DNA of 64,000 bases from positions 24,099-88,098 of the forward strand of contig JAZNME010000037.1 in assembly GCA_045579445.1 (NCBI GenBank). The letters are read 5' to 3'. This document shows positions 1 to 8,958 of the stretch, piece after piece. The DNA comes from Acutalibacteraceae bacterium (GTDB lineage: Bacteria > Bacillota > Clostridia > Oscillospirales > Acutalibacteraceae). Under the pieces are notes generated by a model. That model was given only the letters and a program-made list of their open reading frames with translations. It was not told the origin of the DNA and ran no database searches. Within the stretch, counting starts at the first letter, position 1; the number at the start of each line of letters is the position of its first letter. Both the position numbers and the translations under genes were made by a program.

Positions 1-367
1 CCTCAAACAGCTTCTTAATGGTGAAGTACCAACAATAAATGGCGATGGTAAACAGAGCAGAGATTTTACTTACATTGATAATGTTATAGAGGCAAACCTC
101 AAATCCTGCCTTGCTTCTCACGAAGCCGCCGGTAAAGCTTATAATATTGCGTACGGCGGCAGAGAGTACCTTATCGATATTTATTATGGTCTTACAAAAG
201 CTCTCAATATAGATGTTGAGCCTAACTTCGGTCCCGACCGAAAAGGTGATATCAAACATTCAAATGCGGATATTTCAAGAGCGAAAGAATTATTGGGCTA
301 CGACCCGGATTATAGTTTTGCAGACGGTATTAAGCTTGCAATAGAATGGTACAAGGAGAATCTTTAA
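1..367 (+). CDS. C-terminal part of an extended-SDR NAD-dependent sugar-nucleotide 4-epimerase (WbpP/TviC/CapI-like); 5' end lies outside the window
   Basis: An open frame enters the window and stops at TAA 365-367. The translated tail (..NGDGKQSRDFTYIDNVIEANL..AYNIAYG..GDIKHSNADISRAKELLGYDP..) matches the conserved C-terminal half of UDP-GlcNAc/GlcNAcA 4-epimerases. Confidence 0.7.
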   Translation, partial: LKQLLNGEVPTINGDGKQSRDFTYIDNVIEANLKSCLASHEAAGKAYNIAYGGREYLIDIYYGLTKALNIDVEPNFGPDRKGDIKHSNADISRAKELLGYDPDYSFADGIKLAIEWYKENL

Positions 368-368
368 A

Positions 369-1511
369 ATGAGTAAGGGTACAATTCTTTATATAGGTGG
401 TTTTGAGCTTCCGGACAGAAATGCGGCAGCTCACAGAGTCATTAATAATGCCCGCATATTTAGAGAATTGGGTTATGACGTTGTTTTTTGCGGTGTTGAT
501 AAGGAGCTTTCTGAAAACTGCAAGGAAAGACAAGATGTTTTCGGGTTTGATAGTTTCCCTGTTGCTTATCCTATTTCAGCAAAAAAATGGGTATTGCAGA
601 TGTTGGATATTGAGCATTATGTTTCCGTTTTAGAAAAATATCCCTCTGTAACACATATTGTGTGCTATAACCTTCATGCAGTACCATTAAAAAACATTCT
701 AAGTTATGCCAAAAAGAAAAATATTAAAGTAATTTCCGATTGTACAGAATGGTACGAGAATAAATTTTCTTTAAACCCCATACGGCTTGTTAAATGGGCG
801 GATACTTTTATGAGTATGAGGGTATTGCAAAAAAAATGTGATGGAATTATAGCTATCAGTAAGTTTTTGAAAAATTATTACGGTAAGCATATAAAAAAAA
901 TAATTGTCGTGCCACCTCTTGTAGATATAACAGAAGAAAAGTGGCACCAGGAACCTGAGAAAAAAACAAATAAAATTTCATTTGTTTATTCAGGTCAGCC
1001 CGGAGATACTAAAGACAAAATCGGGCAGATTGTTGATTGTTTTCTTAAAACAGGTAATATCCTGAACTGCGTGTTCCGCGTTGTGGGAATAAAAGAAGAA
1101 GAATTTTACAATTCATACCCGGAAATGAAAAGCAAAGAAAACGAAATCAGGCAATTTGTTGAGTTTTTTGGAAGAGTGCCTCATAAGCAAAGCATAAAAG
1201 AATTATTTAATGCAGATTATTGCATTTTCATCAGAGATAGAAGCCGTAAAAATATGGCAGGCTTCCCTACGAAGTTTGTTGAGTGTTTTACCAGCGGAAT
1301 TTCAATTATTGCCAACAATATAAGCGATATTGAAAATTATTTTCCTGATGACGAACATAGTATTTTAATTGAAAATAATACGTCTGAGGAAATCTGCGAA
1401 GCACTGAACAAGGCCCTGCTGGCAGGAAACCCAACAAGGCGAGTAAACGAAAGCAATCCGTTTGACTACCGTCAATGGATAGACCAATACAAGATTTTTC
1501 TGGAAAGGTAA
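369..1511 (+). CDS. Glycosyltransferase, GT-B fold (GT4-like)
   Basis: 380-aa ORF starting 2 nt after the preceding stop. The C-terminal half carries the GT1/GT4 signature region (..FPTKFVECFTSGISIIANN..). It sits in a polysaccharide locus. Confidence 0.7.
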   Translation: MSKGTILYIGGFELPDRNAAAHRVINNARIFRELGYDVVFCGVDKELSENCKERQDVFGFDSFPVAYPISAKKWVLQMLDIEHYVSVLEKYPSVTHIVCYNLHAVPLKNILSYAKKKNIKVISDCTEWYENKFSLNPIRLVKWADTFMSMRVLQKKCDGIIAISKFLKNYYGKHIKKIIVVPPLVDITEEKWHQEPEKKTNKISFVYSGQPGDTKDKIGQIVDCFLKTGNILNCVFRVVGIKEEEFYNSYPEMKSKENEIRQFVEFFGRVPHKQSIKELFNADYCIFIRDRSRKNMAGFPTKFVECFTSGISIIANNISDIENYFPDDEHSILIENNTSEEICEALNKALLAGNPTRRVNESNPFDYRQWIDQYKIFLER

Positions 1512-1516
1512 GTTAT

Positions 1517-3850
1517 ATGTCAAAAAGCAAGCCAAAAATCCTATTAACATTTCAGGAAAATGGCCAAAATGGCGGACCATATATCAGCCATAAAAGAATA
1601 ATGGAAAGTGAACTGTCAAAAGAATTTGACATTAAGCCGTTGATGATTCCGCGTTCAAGATATTTATTGAACCCTATGGGAATGATCAGGTTTATTAAAG
1701 GAATAAAAAAAGAAAAACCTGAAGCAGTACAGGTAACAGGGTTACAGCTTGAAGGCTTTTTGTCAACTATAGGTTGTAAGCTTGCCGGAGTTAAAGTTCT
1801 TGTTGCTGTTCATGGGAGCGCAACCCAGGCCTGCGGTTTGAAATGGTTTGAAAAGAAAATTTATAGTTACATTGAAAAATTAACGGTTAAAATGGCAGAT
1901 GGCATATTCGGCGTTAGCGACTACGTTGCGGCTTGGGATGTGTGTAAATATGCCAAAAAGAACTATGGCAGGATTTATAACATTGTCCGTTTTGAAGAGA
2001 ATAGTGAAAATAGCGATTCTTTAACAACTTTTCGCGAGGAAACGGGAATTAAAGAAGATGATATAGTTGTTACCTCAACGGGGAGGATTACAACGGACAA
2101 GGGTTATGACATTTTGTGGGAAGCTATTCAAAAGCTGGAACCCAAAGAAAATCTAAAGTTTGTTATAGTCGGTGACGGCAGTTATAAAGATGAGTTTGTT
2201 AATCAAGTGGAAAATAGCGCCTATAAAGATAATGTTATTTTCACCGGTTACAGAAGCGATGTTCACGCCATACTTAAAGAAAGCGACATTTTTGTTATCT
2301 GCACAAAACACGAAACGCTGTGCATCTCGTTGCTTGAAGCAGCAATAAATCAACTTCCTATGATAGCTTCTGACGTTGGCGGAATTCCGGAAATTGTAGA
2401 TGATTCTTGCGGTAGCCTTGTTGACGTGGGAGACGCTGAAGGATTTGCTCAGGCAATTTCCGAGTATGCAAATGATGAAGATTTGCGAAGAGAAAAAGGC
2501 ACACGAGCTAAAGAAAAAATAACAAAAGATTTTAATGAAGAAAAAACTATTATTAAATTAAGCAGGGTTTATAAAAGTGTTTTAAAAGGACCAAAAAGAT
2601 GTCCGGACAGATTATTTTCTTTTATGAACATTGTTTTGACCCTATATCTTGTTGAAACAATATTTCCCCCGATAACAGTAATAGTTAAACCGGTAATTGT
2701 ATGTTTTATATGCCTTTTGGTATGGTTGGTTTTAAGCTTCACAAAAGATCCCGATTTTTATCTGGATATAAAAAAGAATAAGTATGTATTATATCCGATG
2801 GTGTTCTACTTTATCTCTATTCTTATTCCTTACGTTGCAGGAGAAGGAACCTTTGGTAACAGATATGCGGCGTTGGCACTTATTCCTATGGGATATATAA
2901 TTTTTAATTTCTACCAGAAGCATAAAAAATTACATCATATTAAAAATATTTTGATTGTAACAGGCGGATTTGTTGCAATTACATTTGTGAAAACACTGTC
3001 GGCGTTAATTGAATTTCCTTATATCAGCCGTTCAATCAAATCATCAGGTGAACACACAGAAGAGCTTTACAGACAAGGTATAGGTGGTTATAGTTTCGTC
3101 TATTTTATAACTTTGTGTTCGATTCTTGTCTTGTTTATTGCTTTGAAAGAACGAAAAAACAAAAAAGGAATTGTGTTCTTCCTTTTGTATTTTGTTTTAT
3201 TGTTTTTCGTTCTCAAATCCAACTACGTAACAGCATTACTTATTGCTGTATGCTGCTCTATAATATTAGCATGTATTGAACTTATTAACAAAAAAACTAT
3301 AGGTATTTTTGCTGTAGTGTTTGCGGTGGCTATAGTAGGGTTAATATTCTTGGAAGAAATAATTGGTGTGTTTGCGTTTATTATTCCTAAACGTATAGCA
3401 GAGGTGCTTGTTTCAGGCGAGGGAGAAACCATTCTTGGTTCCATTGCAATAGAATTTATGGAAGATAGATTCCCGCTTATGAAGGATAGTATAGATGCTT
3501 ATCTTGCTCACCCTATCGGCGGTATTGTTATTAATAACGCTATCACTTTTGCTGACGGAAATTATGTTGGCTTCGGACAACATTCACATATACTTGACAC
3601 ATTTGCGTTATTAGGAACAACTCTCGGTGTATTAAATATCTTTGTTCTCTTCAGGCCGTTTAAAGACAGTAACGGTAAATTTATCAAAAACAATAGGTCT
3701 CTTAACATAACAATGATTTGTGCTGTGATTGTTACTCTGATGTTTAATAATGCAACAGAAGCCATTGGTATGTCTATTACAATTATTTATCCGTTAGTGA
3801 GAGAATATTACTCTGTACCCGCAGGGGATATAAGAAGGGAATTACCATAA
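1517..3850 (+). CDS. Fusion protein: N-terminal GT4 glycosyltransferase (about 380 aa) plus a C-terminal polytopic O-antigen polymerase/ligase-like (Wzy_C-type) membrane domain (about 400 aa)
   Basis: I placed the start at ATG 1517 (GGAAAGG SD 8 nt upstream, after the upstream stop at 1511) rather than the ORF-track start at 1475. The N-terminal half has GT1 motifs (..ETLCISLLEAAINQLPMIASDVGGIPEIV..). One continuous frame then runs through about 10 hydrophobic helices with a large loop typical of Wzy/O-antigen-ligase proteins. Confidence 0.65.
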   Translation: MSKSKPKILLTFQENGQNGGPYISHKRIMESELSKEFDIKPLMIPRSRYLLNPMGMIRFIKGIKKEKPEAVQVTGLQLEGFLSTIGCKLAGVKVLVAVHGSATQACGLKWFEKKIYSYIEKLTVKMADGIFGVSDYVAAWDVCKYAKKNYGRIYNIVRFEENSENSDSLTTFREETGIKEDDIVVTSTGRITTDKGYDILWEAIQKLEPKENLKFVIVGDGSYKDEFVNQVENSAYKDNVIFTGYRSDVHAILKESDIFVICTKHETLCISLLEAAINQLPMIASDVGGIPEIVDDSCGSLVDVGDAEGFAQAISEYANDEDLRREKGTRAKEKITKDFNEEKTIIKLSRVYKSVLKGPKRCPDRLFSFMNIVLTLYLVETIFPPITVIVKPVIVCFICLLVWLVLSFTKDPDFYLDIKKNKYVLYPMVFYFISILIPYVAGEGTFGNRYAALALIPMGYIIFNFYQKHKKLHHIKNILIVTGGFVAITFVKTLSALIEFPYISRSIKSSGEHTEELYRQGIGGYSFVYFITLCSILVLFIALKERKNKKGIVFFLLYFVLLFFVLKSNYVTALLIAVCCSIILACIELINKKTIGIFAVVFAVAIVGLIFLEEIIGVFAFIIPKRIAEVLVSGEGETILGSIAIEFMEDRFPLMKDSIDAYLAHPIGGIVINNAITFADGNYVGFGQHSHILDTFALLGTTLGVLNIFVLFRPFKDSNGKFIKNNRSLNITMICAVIVTLMFNNATEAIGMSITIIYPLVREYYSVPAGDIRRELP

Positions 3851-4974
3851 TGGTGTATTATATTGGATATTATACGTCGGAAGAAAATCCGCAAAACAGG
3901 AACTCTGTTCCCGCGGGTTTAACCAAAATGCGATATATTGCGGGAGCTATGGAAAATGCAGGAATACAGTATGAAATAGTATCCTGCGCCGTCACAAAAA
4001 ACCAGACAAGCTTCCCTTCATATAAAGAAAACGTATCGGATTCAGCTTTCTGTAAATATTTTAGAACTTATGGCAGAAAAAACATTGTTACAAAGCTTTT
4101 AGACCTGATTTTCATAAAAATACAGTTGTTGTTTTACTTGTTTAAAAATGTTAAGAAGAATGATAACGTGTTAGTATACCATTCTGTATATTATCCTGAT
4201 ATTATTTCTGTTGTAAGATTTTTTAAAAAATGCAAGGTGGTACTTGAGGTAGAAGAAATATACAGCAATGTTACCAGGCGCAAGAACGACAGAAAGCGCG
4301 AAAAGTTCGCATTCAGACATGCAGACTCCTTTGTTTTTCCTACGAAGCTGCTGAATGACGAATGTAACCCCGACGGCAAACCTTACTTTTTGATTCATGG
4401 CACATATAAAGTTGAACCCCCAATTTCCTGTGGCTTTAATGACGATAAAATTCACGTTGTTTATGCAGGAACTTTTGACACCCGTAAAGGTGGTGCGGCA
4501 GCAGCAGTTGATTCTGCAATCTACTTAGACGATAAATATCATTTGCATATTTTAGGCTTCGGTACAGAAGAAGATACGCGAATGATAAAAGAAAGAATAA
4601 ACAGGGTATCAGAAACCTGTAAAAGTGTTGTTACCTATGACGGCTGCTTAACAGGAATGGACTATATCAAGTTTATTCAATCCTGTCATATAGGATTAAG
4701 TACTCAAAACCCGAACGCATCTTTTAATTCAACATCGTACCCATCAAAGATTTTATCATATATGGCAAACGGATTAAGGGTTGTAACTGTACGAATTCCT
4801 GTTGTTGAAACCTCTGCAGTCGGAGAGTATATGTATTACTATGACGAACAAACTCCGGAAAGTATTGCTGAGGCAATACAAAAAATTGATTTGAATTCTT
4901 CGTATAACAGTCGGGAAATAATTAATGAATTAGGAAAAGGGTTTGAAAAGAATTTAAAAGGGATGTTTAATTGA
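3850..4974 (+). CDS. Glycosyltransferase (GT-B-like)
   Basis: The start overlaps the upstream stop (TAATG). The C-terminal ..STSYPSKILSYMANGLRVVT.. resembles the nucleotide-sugar-binding region of GT1-type enzymes. Locus context supports the call. Confidence 0.5.
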   Translation: MVYYIGYYTSEENPQNRNSVPAGLTKMRYIAGAMENAGIQYEIVSCAVTKNQTSFPSYKENVSDSAFCKYFRTYGRKNIVTKLLDLIFIKIQLLFYLFKNVKKNDNVLVYHSVYYPDIISVVRFFKKCKVVLEVEEIYSNVTRRKNDRKREKFAFRHADSFVFPTKLLNDECNPDGKPYFLIHGTYKVEPPISCGFNDDKIHVVYAGTFDTRKGGAAAAVDSAIYLDDKYHLHILGFGTEEDTRMIKERINRVSETCKSVVTYDGCLTGMDYIKFIQSCHIGLSTQNPNASFNSTSYPSKILSYMANGLRVVTVRIPVVETSAVGEYMYYYDEQTPESIAEAIQKIDLNSSYNSREIINELGKGFEKNLKGMFN

Positions 4975-5034
4975 AACATTCTTTAATTTAATCTGTACAC
5001 AAAAAATTATTAAATACAAACAGAGAGAAAAATT

Positions 5035-6552
5035 ATGGGAAGAAAAAAAGGTGTAATTTTTTCGTATATTTTTATGGCTACTGAAGCCGTTTCGAGTATG
5101 CTTTTCACTCCATTTGTTATACGGTGTCTTGGTGCTGAAGAGTATGGTATTTACGGGCTTGTAGCTTCGATAACGTCGTATTTGTATCTGTTGGATTTAG
5201 GCGTGGGAAATGCAATTGTACGATACATGGTTAAATTCCACGCAAACAACGATAAGAAAAACGAACAAAACGTTCTTGCCATAACAATGGTCTTTTATTC
5301 AATAATTGTTGCTGTTATAATCTTGGCAGGACAACTACTGAATTATTTTATCCCTACTTTATTTGGCGACGGACTTACTGCAGAGCAACATATTGTTGCT
5401 CAGAAAATGTTGAATATTACTGTTTTAACAGCTGCTGCAACTTTGTTTTTTGCTCCGTTGAAAAAAACACTTATAGCGTATGAGAGGTTTGCAACAAGTA
5501 AATCAATAGACATCTTCAAAGTAATGTTTAAAATTATATTAGGTTTTGTTGTTTTGCTTTCAGGCGGAAAAGGTGTTGCAGTTGTTGCAGTTAATCTTAT
5601 AGTAACTGTAGCTGCCGGCCTTGTGGAGACGGTGTACGTTTTCGGCAAAATAAAGCTTTTCCCCAAATACACAAAACCGGAAAAAGGCTTTATTTCTTCT
5701 ATTGTTGGTTTTTCTTCCTTTATAATGATTCAGATGATTGCTACGCAAATCAACGCTATGGTAGGTCAGGTACTTATAGGCATGTTTGTTTCGTCTTCGG
5801 CTGTAATCCTTGCGTTGTATACGGCAGGCACCCAAATTACAACATACTATCAGAGTTTTGGTAGTACAATAAATGGTGTTCTTATGCCGGGCGTAACACG
5901 AATGATAGAACAAAAAGCAACAACAAAAGAAATACAGAACGAAATGGTTAAAGTCAGCAGATTACTATTTGCCTTTCTTGGAATTATATTTGTTGGATTT
6001 TTGGTTTGCGGCAAAGAATTTATGGTAGCGTGGGCGGGAGAAGGATACGAAAAGTCTTATTACGTTGCTATAATTCTTATGATACCAATGTTGTTTTCGT
6101 TGGCGCAATCTATCGGGACACAAGTTTTATGGGCTATGGATAAACATAAGGAACAGTCAATACTAAAACTAGCTATATCTGTAGTAGCAACTGTTATTAT
6201 TATTGTTCTTATACAGTGGGACGGCCTTTTGGGAGCAACCATAGGTACAGCATTTGCTTACCTGGTAGGCGACGTGGTAGTAATGAATATCATTTTTAAA
6301 AAACATATAAAAATTTCCGTAAAAGGTTACTGGTTTGGTATGTTTAAGGGAATTTTGCCATGTCTTATAATTTCGGGCGTCGTTGGATTTTTAGTAAGCC
6401 TTACAAATCTGTCAGGATGGTCAGCAATATTGGTAGAGGGTGGATGTACTTGTATCGCTTATGGTATAAGTATGTTGATTTTCGGAATGAATACATATGA
6501 AAAAAATCTTCTCACTAAAATACCTATGGTTAAAAAATTTATAAAAATATGA
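5035..6552 (+). CDS. wzx: Wzx-type oligosaccharide flippase (MOP/PST family polysaccharide biosynthesis protein)
   Basis: 505 aa with about 12-14 hydrophobic segments. The N-terminal ..FTPFVIRCLGAEEYGIYGLV..LGVGNAIVRY.. is typical of PST flippases. It sits in a polysaccharide locus. Confidence 0.75.
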   Translation: MGRKKGVIFSYIFMATEAVSSMLFTPFVIRCLGAEEYGIYGLVASITSYLYLLDLGVGNAIVRYMVKFHANNDKKNEQNVLAITMVFYSIIVAVIILAGQLLNYFIPTLFGDGLTAEQHIVAQKMLNITVLTAAATLFFAPLKKTLIAYERFATSKSIDIFKVMFKIILGFVVLLSGGKGVAVVAVNLIVTVAAGLVETVYVFGKIKLFPKYTKPEKGFISSIVGFSSFIMIQMIATQINAMVGQVLIGMFVSSSAVILALYTAGTQITTYYQSFGSTINGVLMPGVTRMIEQKATTKEIQNEMVKVSRLLFAFLGIIFVGFLVCGKEFMVAWAGEGYEKSYYVAIILMIPMLFSLAQSIGTQVLWAMDKHKEQSILKLAISVVATVIIIVLIQWDGLLGATIGTAFAYLVGDVVVMNIIFKKHIKISVKGYWFGMFKGILPCLIISGVVGFLVSLTNLSGWSAILVEGGCTCIAYGISMLIFGMNTYEKNLLTKIPMVKKFIKI

Positions 6553-6571
6553 TTGAATAGGAGAAATAAAT

Positions 6572-7618
6572 ATGTCATCATTTTCAGGTAAAACACTTAT
6601 GATTACAGGCGGTACAGGTTCATTTGGTAACGCTGTGCTTAATCGTTTTTTACAAACAGATATTGGCGAAATTCGTATACTTTCCCGTGATGAAAAAAAG
6701 CAGGATGATATGCGCCATGAATTCCAGGCAAAGATGCCTGAGGTTGCAGAAAAAATAAAGTTTTACATCGGAGATGTGCGCGACCTTTCAAGCGTTAAGA
6801 ACGCAATGTATGGAGTAGATTATATTTTCCACGCTGCAGCTCTTAAGCAGGTGCCTTCTTGCGAATTCTTCCCGATTGAAGCAGTAAGAACAAATGTTAT
6901 AGGTACCGAAAATGTGCTCACTGCAGCTATTGAGGCAGGCGTTAAGAATATTGTTTGCCTTTCAACTGATAAGGCTGCATACCCTGTAAACGCAATGGGA
7001 ACATCAAAGGCTATGATGGAAAAGGTTATTGTTGCTAAAAGCAGAACAATAAGCCCGGAAAAAACAAAAATCTGTTGCACACGTTATGGTAACGTTATGT
7101 GTTCAAGAGGTTCAGTTATCCCTCTTTGGATTGACCAGATTAAACAGGGCAAGCCTATTACAATAACAGAGCCTGCTATGACACGTTTTATAATGTCTCT
7201 TGATGAGGCTGTTGACCTTGTTCTTTTCGCTTTCGAAAATGGTGTATCAGGCGATATTCTTGTTCAGAAAGCTCCTGCTTGTACAATTGAAACACTTGCA
7301 AAAGCAGTAACAGAGCTTTTCAATCCTGAAACAGAAATCAAGGTTATCGGTATCCGCCACGGCGAAAAAATGTATGAAACTCTTCTTACAAATGAAGAGT
7401 GTGCAAATGCATTTGATATGGGTGATTTCTATCGCGTACCTTGCGATAACAGAGGTCTTAACTACGATAAATATTTTAAAGACGGCGACAAGGAGAGAAA
7501 TCCTCTTACTGAGTTCAATTCAAATAATACAGACCTTCTTAATGTGGAGCAGGTAAAAGAAAAGCTTCTTTCTCTTCAGTATATAAGAGATGAGCTTGCA
7601 GCTTGGGAGAACAAATAA
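6572..7618 (+). CDS. fnlA: UDP-N-acetylglucosamine 4,6-dehydratase/5-epimerase (CapE/FnlA/WbjB type)
   Basis: N-terminal KTLMITGGTGSFGNAVLNRFL..IRILSRDEKKQDDM..FYIGDVRD closely resembles S. aureus CapE. It is followed by CapF- and CapG-like genes. SD is TAGGAG. Confidence 0.85.
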   Translation: MSSFSGKTLMITGGTGSFGNAVLNRFLQTDIGEIRILSRDEKKQDDMRHEFQAKMPEVAEKIKFYIGDVRDLSSVKNAMYGVDYIFHAAALKQVPSCEFFPIEAVRTNVIGTENVLTAAIEAGVKNIVCLSTDKAAYPVNAMGTSKAMMEKVIVAKSRTISPEKTKICCTRYGNVMCSRGSVIPLWIDQIKQGKPITITEPAMTRFIMSLDEAVDLVLFAFENGVSGDILVQKAPACTIETLAKAVTELFNPETEIKVIGIRHGEKMYETLLTNEECANAFDMGDFYRVPCDNRGLNYDKYFKDGDKERNPLTEFNSNNTDLLNVEQVKEKLLSLQYIRDELAAWENK

Positions 7619-7619
7619 T

Positions 7620-8819
7620 ATGAAAATTCTTGTTACAGGAGCAAAGGGCTTTGTAGGTAAAAATCTTTGTGCTGCGCTTTATAATGTGAGAGACGGCAAG
7701 GATAAAACAAGAGGTATTGATTCAGATATTACTGTTTTTGAATATGATATTGATACAGACCCTGCCCTTCTCGATGGCTACTGCAAGCAAGCAGATTTTG
7801 TATTTAATCTTGCAGGTGTAAACAGGCCACAGAATACAGAAGAGTTTATGGAAGGTAACTTTGGATTCGCTTCAACTCTTCTTGAAACATTAAAAAAGCA
7901 TAATAATAAATGTCCGATAATGCTTTCAAGCTCATTGCAGGCAACCCTTGTAGGCAGATATGCCGAGGGTGAGTACGGCAAGAGTAAAAAAGCGGGAGAA
8001 GATTTGTTCTTCGATTATTCAAATGAAACCGGCGCACCTGTTTATGTTTTTCGCTTTCCTAACCTTTTCGGTAAGTGGTGCAGACCTAATTACAATAGTG
8101 CTGTTGCAACCTTCTGCAATAATATTGCAAACGATTTGCCGATTCAGGTTAACGACAGAGCAATTGAATTAACCCTTCTTTATGTTGACGATTTGGTTGA
8201 CGAAATGTTCTGTATTTTAAAAGGCGATGCTCACAGATGCGAATATGATGGCCTTAATATTGTTGAAAAAGAAAACGGCAAATTCTGCTACTGCCCTGTT
8301 ACACATAACGTAACCTTAGGCGAAATTGTTGATTTGCTCCAGAGCTTCAAAAATCAGCCGTCAACATTAATTGTTCCTGAAATTCCTTATAATTCATTTG
8401 CAAAGAAGCTTTATTCAACATATCTTTCCTATCTTCCGAAAGAAAAAGCATCTTTTCCATTAAAAATGAATGTTGACCAAAGAGGTAGCTTTACAGAGCT
8501 TCTTAAAACTGAAAAATGCGGTCAGATAAGCGTAAATATTTCAAAACCCGGTATTACTAAAGGTCAGCACTGGCACAATACAAAGTGGGAATTTTTCATT
8601 GTTGTTTCAGGTAAAGGACTTATTCAGCAAAGGAAAATCGGTTCTGATGAGATTTTGAATTTTGAGGTCAGCGGAGAGAAAATTGAAGCTGTTCATATGC
8701 TTCCGGGTTACACACATAACATCATAAACCTTTCCGACACAGAGGATTTAGTTACTGTTATGTGGGCAAACGAACAATTTGACCCAAATAAACCTGATAC
8801 ATTCTTCCAGGAGGTTTAA
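7620..8819 (+). CDS. fnlB: CapF/FnlB/WbjC-type bifunctional reductase/epimerase (SDR domain plus C-terminal cupin) of the UDP-L-FucNAc pathway
   Basis: I placed the start at ATG 7620 (MKILVTGAKGFVGKNL Rossmann motif), directly after the fnlA stop at 7616-7618; the ORF-track N-terminal extension overlaps fnlA. The C-terminal cupin-like region reads ..GITKGQHWHNTKWEFFIVVSGKG... Confidence 0.8.
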   Translation: MKILVTGAKGFVGKNLCAALYNVRDGKDKTRGIDSDITVFEYDIDTDPALLDGYCKQADFVFNLAGVNRPQNTEEFMEGNFGFASTLLETLKKHNNKCPIMLSSSLQATLVGRYAEGEYGKSKKAGEDLFFDYSNETGAPVYVFRFPNLFGKWCRPNYNSAVATFCNNIANDLPIQVNDRAIELTLLYVDDLVDEMFCILKGDAHRCEYDGLNIVEKENGKFCYCPVTHNVTLGEIVDLLQSFKNQPSTLIVPEIPYNSFAKKLYSTYLSYLPKEKASFPLKMNVDQRGSFTELLKTEKCGQISVNISKPGITKGQHWHNTKWEFFIVVSGKGLIQQRKIGSDEILNFEVSGEKIEAVHMLPGYTHNIINLSDTEDLVTVMWANEQFDPNKPDTFFQEV

Positions 8820-8837
8820 GTTTGGTTAAAATTGCCC

Positions 8838-8903
8838 ACAGGTCGTTTTCGGGGCTCGGGGCAGTATTTTCATACAGCACCACTCGCTCGAAAACATACT
8901 GTG
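8838..8903. repeat. Imperfect inverted repeat (long hairpin) within a 139-bp spacer between fnlB and fnlC
   Basis: Outer arms ACAGGTCGTTTTCG (8838-8851) and CGAAAACATACTGT (8889-8902) match at 11 of 14 positions as a reverse complement. An inner stem GCAGTAT/ATACAGC surrounds a TTTC loop at 8868-8871. Confidence 0.4.
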
Positions 8904-8958
8904 AACATTTTTCCCTCAAACTTAGTTTTTGGGAGTATTTCTTCTAAGGAGAATGATA

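Noticed and set aside
1475-1516. N-terminal extensions given by the ORF track. The ORF-track starts in question are 1475, 7590, 8929, 14911, 17618, 27300, 32602, 32565, 47308, 51555, 60597 and 62886.
   Set aside because: In each case a downstream start has a proper SD and/or removes overlap with the preceding gene, and the conserved family N-terminus begins there (for example MKILVTGAKG, MTQAEKQ for S15, MSKFVYVALSGGVDS for MnmA). I trimmed the coordinates accordingly.
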